This document shows positions 8,775 to 16,041 of a stretch of 32,000 bases of DNA, in pieces. This DNA is from Halomicrobium mukohataei DSM 12286 (GTDB taxonomy: Archaea > Halobacteriota > Halobacteria > Halobacteriales > Haloarculaceae). The stretch covers positions 1,530,001 through 1,562,000 of the forward strand of contig NC_013202.1 in NCBI RefSeq assembly GCF_000023965.1. Reading direction: 5' to 3'. Every line of letters begins with the position of its first letter. Position 1 is the first letter of the stretch. Made by a program: the position numbers and the translations under genes. The notes under the pieces are model-generated. The model was not told the DNA's origin, did not search any database, and saw only the letters and a program-made list of their open reading frames with translations.

Positions 8775-9146
8775 TCAGCCCTCGACGTGATCGTGGACCG
8801 CCTCCTTGACCGCCCTGCTCTCGACCTTCCCCCCGGAGTCGACCCCGACGAAGAACCCCTCGAACTGGCCCGTGACGAAGTGGTGAGCACGAAGCTCCTC
8901 GAACTCGTGGATCGTACAGTAGAGCTCCCCAGACTCGAAGAGATCCTCCAGATACTCCTTGGCGATGCCTTCGAGAACGAGGTTCTCGTAGACCGCGTCG
9001 GAAACGGCCTGCGTGTGCTCAGTGAGGTCTTCCCGGACGTACAGCAGTTCGTACCTGTCCTCGTCGTACCAGGCGACGACCCGCAGCGCGTCGCCGACGA
9101 TCGATTCGAGGTCCGACACGAGAGCTGCCCCGTCGTCCATGCCCAT
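8775..9146 (-). CDS. conserved-looking acidic cytoplasmic protein (function unknown)
   Basis: MGMDDGAALVSDLESIVGDALRVVAWYDEDRYELLYVREDLTEHTQ... has clean acidic haloarchaeal composition. The start at 9146 or 9140 is preferred over 9176. The overlapping ORF 8234..9166 in another frame is Ser/Thr/Arg-rich noise here. Confidence 0.7.
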   Translation of the reverse strand: MGMDDGAALVSDLESIVGDALRVVAWYDEDRYELLYVREDLTEHTQAVSDAVYENLVLEGIAKEYLEDLFESGELYCTIHEFEELRAHHFVTGQFEGFFVGVDSGGKVESRAVKEAVHDHVEG

Positions 9147-9271
9147 GATAATTGATGGCAGTCCACACCCCTTCAAATCAGGGGGTCACTCCGGCGTATC
9201 GTCGACCGTCCTCTGACCGAGCATACGCTCGCGGGTGCTCACTGGAGGCGACGACGCTCCGTGTCGGCGAG

Positions 9272-9454
9272 TCACCGCTGCCACTCGTAGAACCACCACG
9301 CTCCGCCCAGCAACATCAGACCGACGCCGAGCGTCGAGGTCGCCGGTTCGGGGATGACAAACAGGACGAATCCGATCGCCAGCATCGCCACCGGTTCGGC
9401 CTCGTCGTAGTACCGAGTCAGGTCCATAGTCGACGGTTCGCCGGCCACTGTCAT
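9272..9454 (-). CDS. small two-helix membrane protein (function unknown)
   Basis: MTVAGEPSTMDLTRYYDEAEPVAMLAIGFVLFVIPEPATSTLGVGLMLLGGAWWFYEWQR. The start is uncertain (9454 or 9426). The 9526 start adds an Arg/Pro/Ser-rich extension that looks non-coding. Confidence 0.6.
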   Translation of the reverse strand: MTVAGEPSTMDLTRYYDEAEPVAMLAIGFVLFVIPEPATSTLGVGLMLLGGAWWFYEWQR

Positions 9455-9638
9455 AGTAGTTGACCTCTGTCCGACCGGCGGTGGTCGGCACGCCGACCGC
9501 ACTGCCGTCGTGCGGTAGCTCGACATCTGTTTCTGCCATCGGCAGTGAAATTAGTCGGCTCGGGCCTGAAAGCGCACTTCCGGTACCGAGTGACTTTTCG
9601 GCGAGAACCGTCCTCAGTCGAAACACGGTGATTCCGTA

Positions 9639-10931
9639 GTGGTCGATGTCGGCGGTTCGATCGGGCTGTTGCGCGACCGGGAGTTCGCCGCGCTCGCCGG
9701 GACCGCGTTCGCGAGGAGCCAGGCGTACTCGACGATCATCATCGCCCTCGCGCTGTACGCCGACCTGTTCGGCACGACCGGGACCGTCGAGGGGCTGTTC
9801 GGAACCGGTTTCGCGCTCGTCCAGTTGCTCGTCGTCTTGCCGCTGGGTCGACGCATCGACCTGGGCGACTCGAAGCGGTACCTGCTCGTCGGCTTTCTCC
9901 TCAATCTCGTCGTGTTCGCGGGGTTCGTCTTCGTCGAGAACGCGATCCACATCGTCCTGATCCGGATGGTCCAGGGGCTGGGTGCGTCGCTCCTGTGGAT
10001 CACCGGCTCGACGATCGTCGGCGAGATCAGCCCCGACGGCGAGCGGGGCCAGTGGCTCGGCGCGTACAATCAGTTCGGCTCGATCTCGTCGCTGGCGGGC
10101 GACCTCGTGGGCGGGTACCTCCTCTTTGCCTACGGCTTCACGCTCACTTACGCCGTCCTCGCCGGGGTCACGCTCGTGGCCTTCGCGCTCGTGTTCCTGT
10201 ACCTCCGGGACAACCCCGGCGGTCGGAAAGATCCCGACGAGGCCGGCGGCATCGAGACCTTCCGCCAGCTGCTGGGCCGGCGGATGCTGCGCGCGCTCGT
10301 CGTCTTTCGTTTCACGTTCAGTGTCGGGAAGATGGCCGTCATCATCTTCCTCCCGATCTACGCCCGGACGAGCTTCGGCATCTCCGCGTTCGCCATCGGG
10401 TGGATCATGGCCGGCGGGAAGCTGACGAAGGCGATCACACAGGGGTACGTCGGTGACCTGACCGACCGACTCGGTCGCCACCACTACTTCGTCGCCGTCG
10501 GTGCCGGGCTGTACGGCGTCGGGACCGCGCTGATTCCGCTGGCAGCCTACTTCGAGGGGACCGTGACGCCGATCGAGTTCACGGCCTTCGGCGGCACTCA
10601 GGCGCTGGGCGGGGCCTTCTTCGCCCTCTTTGGCGCGTTCTCGATCCTGGGGCTCGCCGACAGTCTCCGCCTGCCGGCGAGCATGGCGCTGTTCGTCGAG
10701 GAGGCCGAGGCCTACGACGCCGTCGCCTCCAGTTTCTCCCTGCGCTCGATCTCCTGGAAGGTCGGGCAGGTGACGGGTCCGGTCCTGATCGGCGCGATCA
10801 AGGACCTCGTCTCTCCCGAAGCCGCGTTTCTCGCCGCCGCGGGGTTCCTCGGCTTCGCAACGGTCGTCTTCGTCGGGATGAGCGTCCGGGCGCGGCGAGC
10901 CCAGACCCCGGTGGCGACCCCCGGCGACTGA
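9639..10931 (+). CDS. MFS transporter
   Basis: 430-aa ORF (GTG start) with about 12 hydrophobic helices and the MFS loop motif LPLGRRIDLGDSKR between TM2 and TM3. Confidence 0.85.
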   Translation: MVDVGGSIGLLRDREFAALAGTAFARSQAYSTIIIALALYADLFGTTGTVEGLFGTGFALVQLLVVLPLGRRIDLGDSKRYLLVGFLLNLVVFAGFVFVENAIHIVLIRMVQGLGASLLWITGSTIVGEISPDGERGQWLGAYNQFGSISSLAGDLVGGYLLFAYGFTLTYAVLAGVTLVAFALVFLYLRDNPGGRKDPDEAGGIETFRQLLGRRMLRALVVFRFTFSVGKMAVIIFLPIYARTSFGISAFAIGWIMAGGKLTKAITQGYVGDLTDRLGRHHYFVAVGAGLYGVGTALIPLAAYFEGTVTPIEFTAFGGTQALGGAFFALFGAFSILGLADSLRLPASMALFVEEAEAYDAVASSFSLRSISWKVGQVTGPVLIGAIKDLVSPEAAFLAAAGFLGFATVVFVGMSVRARRAQTPVATPGD

Positions 10932-10960
10932 GGCCGGATCGCCGTCCTCGTGCCCCGCTC

Positions 10961-11458
10961 TCAGGGCCCACAGGACTCTTCCCAGTACGTATCGACGCCG
11001 GTAGTGTTTCGAACCGTGTAGTTCGCGCCCGTGATCGAACCTGGGCGACAGTGGAGGCCGTGGAAACTCTGGAGGCGCTCCGTCTCGGCGTTGACGACGA
11101 CGACGAACAGCGTCTCGTCTTGCCGGACCTCGCGGACGGTGACGTGCTTGCGTTCGCCGGGTGCCAGCGTGTAGTTCGCGACCCGAGTGGTCGACGCCGG
11201 CAGATCGACGGTCGTGATGGCGTTTTCGGCTTCCGATTCTGCGCTGAAACCCGTCGCCGTCACGTCGAACTCGGTGGTGTCACCGTTCGCCCACTCGACA
11301 GTCGCGTTCTCGCCGATCTGGGCGATCGACACCTCGAATCGGTAGCTGTCGGAGACCGCGTTGCCCAGCGTGAGCGGTGTCCCGGTCGAGAACGGCCCTG
11401 CAGTACAGCCGGCCAACAGGAGCACGAAAAGCAGACAGAGCGCGGTCCGCGTGTGCAC
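10961..11458 (-). CDS. secreted lipoprotein (function unknown)
   Basis: MHTRTALCLLFVLLLAGCTAG is a signal peptide with a lipobox (LAGC). The rest is Thr/Asn/Val-rich and beta-type. Confidence 0.7.
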   Translation of the reverse strand: MHTRTALCLLFVLLLAGCTAGPFSTGTPLTLGNAVSDSYRFEVSIAQIGENATVEWANGDTTEFDVTATGFSAESEAENAITTVDLPASTTRVANYTLAPGERKHVTVREVRQDETLFVVVVNAETERLQSFHGLHCRPGSITGANYTVRNTTGVDTYWEESCGP

Positions 11459-11468
11459 GATACCCGCT

Positions 11469-11476
11469 CTTTATCA
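11469..11476 (+). promoter_or_regulatory. TATA-like box of the halocyanin gene
   Basis: CTTTATCA is centred ~28 nt upstream of the GTG at 11501, inside a 42-bp divergent intergenic region. Confidence 0.4.
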
Positions 11477-11483
11477 CCGCAGC

Positions 11484-11495
11484 GCTTAATTTTAC
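11484..11495 (-). promoter_or_regulatory. TATA-like box of the lipoprotein gene
   Basis: The minus strand reads GTAAAATTAAGC, centred ~31 nt upstream of the ATG at 11458. Confidence 0.4.
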
Positions 11496-11500
11496 TGCTC

Positions 11501-11884
11501 GTGACTACAGCGAATCGATCCCGCCGGACGTTCCTGGCGAGGGCGGGCGCAGTGCTGGGAACCGGCGTCCTCGGCGGCTGTCTCTCGGACAGCCGGGACC
11601 GAACGATCGCAGTCGGACCCGGACACCGCACGGTGTTCGAACCCGAAGCAGTCACCGTCCCATCGGGAGCGACGATCACGTGGGTCCTGAAGTCCGACAA
11701 CCACAACGTCGTCCCGGCCACTGTCCCGGCGGGCTCTGACTGGGAGGGGACGCCGGGACGACCTTCGATCACGTACGGGTCCGGCTACTCCTACGAGACG
11801 ACGTTCACGATCTCTGGCACCTACGACTACTTCTGTCAACCCCACGTCGACGCGGGGATGACCGGCAGCGTCGTCGTCGAGTGA
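11501..11884 (+). CDS. halocyanin-type blue (type 1) copper protein, Tat-exported lipoprotein
   Basis: The GTG at 11501 gives VTTANRSRRTFLARAGAVLGTGVLGGCLS (twin-arginine motif plus lipobox). Copper ligands are NHNVV...YDYFCQPHVDAGMTGSVVVE (H...C..H....M). No in-frame ATG lies upstream of the RR motif. Confidence 0.8.
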   Translation: MTTANRSRRTFLARAGAVLGTGVLGGCLSDSRDRTIAVGPGHRTVFEPEAVTVPSGATITWVLKSDNHNVVPATVPAGSDWEGTPGRPSITYGSGYSYETTFTISGTYDYFCQPHVDAGMTGSVVVE

Positions 11885-11935
11885 CGCTTCGAGCGAACTG
11901 AGGCGTGGTACCGGATGGTTCGTACACCTGCGCTG

Positions 11936-13033
11936 CTACTGGAACGCCCGCTGGTACTGTGCCGGCGGTTCGTTGCGGTCGCCAGCGCCGAGTTCGCGGG
12001 CGGCGTGGAGACCGAAGTAGGGGTTCCGGAGGAACTCCCGGCCGACGATAGCCAGATCCGCCCGGTCGTTGCGGACGATCGCGTCGGCCTGCTGGGCCGT
12101 CGTGATCCCGCCGACGGTCCCGACGGCGACGCCGGAACTGTTCTGGCGGACGTGTTCGGCCAGCGAGAGCTGGAAGTTCGGCCCCACCCAGTCGGGAGCC
12201 GATTCGGGGACGATGCCGCCGCTGGAGACGTCTATCAGGTCCGCGCCGTCGTCGGCGAGGGCGTCCGCGAGGCGGGCCGACTGCTCGACCGTCCACGACT
12301 CGCGGTCGGGGAGCCAGTCCGTCCCGGAGAGCCGGACGAACACCGGGCGGTCGTCGGGCCAGACCGATCTGACCGCTCGCGTTACCTCTCGGACGATCCG
12401 AGCGCGGTTCTCGAAGCTCCCGCCGTACTCGTCGGTCCGGTCGTTGGTGACCGGCGAGAGGAACTCGTGGAGGAGGTAGCCGTGGGCCGCGTGGACCTCC
12501 GCGACGAGGAACCCCGCGTCACGGGCACGTTCGGCGGCCGCGCGGAACGAGTCGACGATCCCCTCGATCTCGTCGACCGAGAGGCGATCGGTCGCCGGGG
12601 GCTCGTCGTCGTGGGGCCACGGTCGATCGGTCGGTCCGACGACCTCCCAACCGCCCTCGTCGGGCGAGAGGGGGGCGCTACCCTCCCAGGGACGGCTCTT
12701 CGAGGCTTTGCGGCCGGCGTGGGCCAACTGGATGCCCGGCACCGCGCCCTGCGAGCGGACGAACGCCGTCGTCTCTTGAAGCGCCGCGGCGTGTTCGTCG
12801 CTCCAGATACCGAGATCCTCGGGCGTGATCCGACCGCGGGGCTCGACGGCCGTCGCTTCGGCCATCACGAGGCCCGCGCCGCCGACGGCCCGCGAACCCA
12901 GGTGGACGAGGTGCCACGGCGTCGCGACCCCGTCCCGATCTTCGACGGAGTACTGACACATCGGGGAAACCATCAGCCGGTTCGGAAGTTCCGTCTCCCG
13001 TAGCTCCAGGGGTGTCAAGAGGTCTGCTGTCAT
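11936..13033 (-). CDS. NADH:flavin oxidoreductase, Old Yellow Enzyme family
   Basis: 365-aa ORF: LPNRLMVSPMCQYS...WHLVHLGSRAVGGAGLVMAEATAV...GRITP.DLGIW...IQLAHAGRKAS...EVHAAHGYLLHEFLSP..N.RTDEYGGSFENR, a YqjM/NamA-type OYE. Confidence 0.9.
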   Translation of the reverse strand: MTADLLTPLELRETELPNRLMVSPMCQYSVEDRDGVATPWHLVHLGSRAVGGAGLVMAEATAVEPRGRITPEDLGIWSDEHAAALQETTAFVRSQGAVPGIQLAHAGRKASKSRPWEGSAPLSPDEGGWEVVGPTDRPWPHDDEPPATDRLSVDEIEGIVDSFRAAAERARDAGFLVAEVHAAHGYLLHEFLSPVTNDRTDEYGGSFENRARIVREVTRAVRSVWPDDRPVFVRLSGTDWLPDRESWTVEQSARLADALADDGADLIDVSSGGIVPESAPDWVGPNFQLSLAEHVRQNSSGVAVGTVGGITTAQQADAIVRNDRADLAIVGREFLRNPYFGLHAARELGAGDRNEPPAQYQRAFQ

Positions 13034-13055
13034 CGTCTGGGTTTGACTGCCCGAG

Positions 13056-13061
13056 AAAAAA
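13056..13061 (-). promoter_or_regulatory. oligo-T (T6) tract between the dioxygenase and OYE genes
   Basis: The minus strand reads CTGTTTTTTCTC, ~50 nt after the stop at 13112 and ~25 nt before the ATG at 13033. A TCATATATC box lies just upstream of it. Confidence 0.4.
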
Positions 13062-13111
13062 CAGTTTGCGATATATGACAGCGTAAACGATCGACGACCG
13101 TGTCGCCCGTA

Positions 13112-14152
13112 TCAGTCTTCCGCCGCGGCGGACTCGCCGCGGGGGACCGTCACGTCGGTCAACGCGGCCTCGATCGCCTCGCGGCGGTCCTCGAACTCCC
13201 CGGGGAGGACGAGACGGCCGCCCAGGTCGTCGAGCGGTTCGTCGTCGGTGTACCCCGGTCCGCTGGTCGCCAACTCGAACAGGATCCCCGCGTGCTCCCG
13301 GAAGTACACCGAGCGGAACCAGTGGCGGTCGATCTGGGCGGTCGGACGCAGTCCGGCCGACTGGACGGCCTGGCGCATCGCCTCCTGGTCTGCGTCGGTG
13401 GGCGTCTGGAAGGCGACGTGGTGGACCGTCCCGTGGCCCTGGCGACCGCCCTCGATCGTCGGCAACACGTCGACGTACCGGCCGACGGTCCCCGCTGCCT
13501 CGAACCGGGTCCGCTCGTCGCCCGGCGTGTCGCCCTGGGCCGCTTCGGTGTCGCTCCGTTCCAGTCCCATCGTCTCCAGTAGCTCCATCGTCGGCTGGGG
13601 ATCGGCGACCAACAGCGTCACCGAGTGAAAGCCCCGGATCGCCGCCGACTCGGGGACGAACTCGGTCCAGGGGACTGTCGGGTCGTCGTCGGGGATCTCC
13701 ACGGCGACGAGCTCGACCGGGAGTCCGTCCGGGTCCCGGAAGGGGAGGACTGTCTCCGCTCGCGGTTCGTCACCGCTCGCGCTGTCCGAGGCGCGTTGCG
13801 TCTCGCTGCCGAAGCGCTCGACGCGGTCGTCGTAGTCGACGCCGTACTCCTCGAAGCGATCCTCCCAGTAGTCGAGACTCCCCTCGGGGACTCGAAACGC
13901 CGTCCGAGAGACCTGTCCGGAGCCGACCTTCCCCTGGCGGAGGTTCTCCCAGGGGAAGAAGGTCATACTCGTGCCGGGCGTGCCCTCGGCGTCGGCGAAG
14001 AAGAAGTGGTACGTCTCCGGGTCGTCCTGGTTGATCGATCGCTTGACGAGGCGGAGTCCCAGCGTCTCGACCCAGAAGTCGAGGTTCCGCTGGGGATCGC
14101 CCGCGATGCAGGTGACGTGGTGGATGCCGGGTGTCGGCGGCGCGTCTGTCAT
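13112..14152 (-). CDS. ring-cleaving dioxygenase, VOC/glyoxalase superfamily (MhqO/YfiE-like)
   Basis: 346-aa ORF: GIHHVTCIAGDPQRNLDFWVETLGLRLVKRSINQDDPETYHFFFADAEGTPGTSMTFFPW..., then a second VOC module ...IRGFHSVTLLV...HHVAF. Confidence 0.85.
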   Translation of the reverse strand: MTDAPPTPGIHHVTCIAGDPQRNLDFWVETLGLRLVKRSINQDDPETYHFFFADAEGTPGTSMTFFPWENLRQGKVGSGQVSRTAFRVPEGSLDYWEDRFEEYGVDYDDRVERFGSETQRASDSASGDEPRAETVLPFRDPDGLPVELVAVEIPDDDPTVPWTEFVPESAAIRGFHSVTLLVADPQPTMELLETMGLERSDTEAAQGDTPGDERTRFEAAGTVGRYVDVLPTIEGGRQGHGTVHHVAFQTPTDADQEAMRQAVQSAGLRPTAQIDRHWFRSVYFREHAGILFELATSGPGYTDDEPLDDLGGRLVLPGEFEDRREAIEAALTDVTVPRGESAAAED

Positions 14153-14250
14153 AGCTACTGGTACGCGTCGAAACTACTTGAGTGCGTGCTGACACCAGTG
14201 TTACCGGGCCGGCGAGACGGCGTTGCACGTCGGCCGCGGGCAGAGCGAAC

Positions 14251-15567
14251 TCACGCGTCGACGAAGAACTCCGGCTGTTCGAACGACTCCGCTTCCCCTT
14301 CCACGTCGAGCACGTCCAGCGCCGTCACGACCGCGCCGGTGCCGACCTCGTCGGCGAGGTTGGGCTGGGTGCGGCCCTCGTCGCCGGAGATCAGCTCCTT
14401 CACGTAGAGTCCGCCGGCCCCGTGGACCTCGATGTCGGCGTTGCGGGCGTCGTCGAGTTCGCCCGAGATGTCGTACACGTCGCGAGTCCGGGTGATGTCG
14501 GCACGACGGTGGTCGACGCGCTGGGGGGTGCGCTGTTCGATCGTCGCGCCGTCGATCGCTGCGAAGGCGTCGTCGAGCGTCACCTCCTCGATCGGCTCGT
14601 CGAACGCCACGTCCATGCGGTAGGTCTTGGAGGCCTCGTGTTCCTTGACGCGGGCGACCATGTCGTGGGTCGCGCGCCGGAGCCCCTCGACCTCGACCTT
14701 GCCGTCGGCGAAGTCGTTGATCTCCGCTTCGAGGGCGTCGGCGTCGACGTCGCGGCGGCGGGGCTCTTTGATCTCGATGACGAAGGGACGACCGCTCCCG
14801 AGCATCAGGGCGTCCACGTCCTCGCGACCGGCTCCGTGGAAGACCGCCTCCTCGCCGTCCATCGCGTCGAGGACGACCGGCGCGGACAGTTGCTCGACGC
14901 TCTCGGGGTACCGATAGCCAGTGCCGTCACAGCCCGAACACTCCGCGCCGCGCTTGAGCCCGGTCGCGCCACACTCGTTGCAGGGCCACTTCGTCTGTGG
15001 GATGTCCCGTTCGAGCTTCCGGTAGCGTCCGTAGACGAACGCGGAGTTGACCTGCACGTCGATCTCGTCGGTCGCGAGGTCGATCGTCAGCTGTACGTCC
15101 GGGCGCTCGAAGTCGACCTCCCCACCGGTCAGGTCGCCGACGCGGCGGCCGACCTCGCGGTTGAACTCCGTCTTGAGCTGTTCGCCGGCGAAGGCCTCGC
15201 GGTCGTCGTGGTCGGCGTCGGGCTCGCTACCGTCCAGTCCCACGTCCTCGCGGAGCAGCTGGTCGTTCTCCTCCAGCAGCGGCGGCACCCGAGTGCCGAG
15301 CTGGTAGGTAGCGAACTCGTAGCCCTGGACCGCGGCCGCGGCTCGCTCGGCCAGTTCGTCGAACCGCGCCGTCTCGCCCTCACAGACCCAGCAGTCTTCG
15401 GGCGGGTCGTAGGGCTCGTCGTCGTCGAGCGCGATCGTCGTCCGCAGCGCCCGACCGCGCTCCGTGTTTGTCAGGCCGAAGCTCCGCTCGGCGAACAGCC
15501 GGCCCAGACAGGAGTCACAGAGCGGGCCGGTCGCGGCGGCGGCCCGGGCGTCGTCGAGGAGTGTCAT
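14251..15567 (-). CDS. pus10: tRNA pseudouridine(54/55) synthase Pus10
   Basis: 438-aa ORF with the N-terminal zinc motif CDSCLGRLFA...CWVCEG, a second CNECGATG...CSGCDGTG cluster, and a C-terminal catalytic domain ...HGAGREDVDALMLGSGRPFVIE...GLYVKELISGDEGRTQP. Confidence 0.9.
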   Translation of the reverse strand: MTLLDDARAAAATGPLCDSCLGRLFAERSFGLTNTERGRALRTTIALDDDEPYDPPEDCWVCEGETARFDELAERAAAAVQGYEFATYQLGTRVPPLLEENDQLLREDVGLDGSEPDADHDDREAFAGEQLKTEFNREVGRRVGDLTGGEVDFERPDVQLTIDLATDEIDVQVNSAFVYGRYRKLERDIPQTKWPCNECGATGLKRGAECSGCDGTGYRYPESVEQLSAPVVLDAMDGEEAVFHGAGREDVDALMLGSGRPFVIEIKEPRRRDVDADALEAEINDFADGKVEVEGLRRATHDMVARVKEHEASKTYRMDVAFDEPIEEVTLDDAFAAIDGATIEQRTPQRVDHRRADITRTRDVYDISGELDDARNADIEVHGAGGLYVKELISGDEGRTQPNLADEVGTGAVVTALDVLDVEGEAESFEQPEFFVDA

Positions 15568-15612
15568 TGCCGGAGAGTCGTCGCCGCGGCGTAATTCAGT
15601 TTCGGACGCTCG

Positions 15613-16041
15613 CTACGCCTGACCCCACGTCCAGCGTGCGTCGAGAACGTACCGGTAGACACCGCTGATCACGATAGCGATCCCGTTGGCAACCAGATAG
15701 AGCAGACTGCCCCACTCGACGAGGGCGTAGAGGATCCCGAGTTGGATCGGGATCGCGGAGCCACGGACCACGTTGGTCTTGAGCAAGCCGGCGAAGAACT
15801 CGCGCCGACCGGTGTTCTGCGTCGCCTCGAACGTCCAGGCGTTGTTGAGGACGTACTGGAAGATGATCGTGATCTCGATGGCGATCGTCGCGCCGACGAG
15901 GTAGTTCAGTTCGCCGAACGTGACGAAGATCCACAGCAACACCTGCTGGACGCCGGCCGCGACGGTCCCGACGGCGACGAACCGGCGCAGTTGCAGGGCG
16001 AGCGGACCGCTATGGAGGTTGCGAAGCAGGTTCCGGACCAT
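15613..16041 (-). CDS. GtrA-family membrane protein
   Basis: 142-aa, 4-TM ORF: LRRFVAVGTVAAGVQQVLLWIF...YLVGATIAIEITIIFQYVLNNAWTF, the GtrA-like pattern. Its start abuts the stop of the upstream sulfatase-like gene (16042). Confidence 0.85.
   Translation of the reverse strand: MVRNLLRNLHSGPLALQLRRFVAVGTVAAGVQQVLLWIFVTFGELNYLVGATIAIEITIIFQYVLNNAWTFEATQNTGRREFFAGLLKTNVVRGSAIPIQLGILYALVEWGSLLYLVANGIAIVISGVYRYVLDARWTWGQA

Noticed and set aside
9272-9526. The longer 84-aa version of the small membrane protein, starting at 9526.
   Set aside because: The extra 24 residues (MSSYRTTAVRSACRPPPVGQRSTT) are basic and Pro/Ser/Thr-rich, and they coincide with the cluster of inverted repeats. The shorter starts at 9454 or 9426 give a typical acidic N-terminus followed by two TM helices.
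11936-14152. The OYE reductase plus VOC ring-cleaving dioxygenase as a novel system.
   Set aside because: The pairing resembles known quinone and electrophile detoxification gene sets (MhqO/YqjM-type enzymes in bacteria). Both proteins are canonical, and nothing unusual is visible in the sequence.
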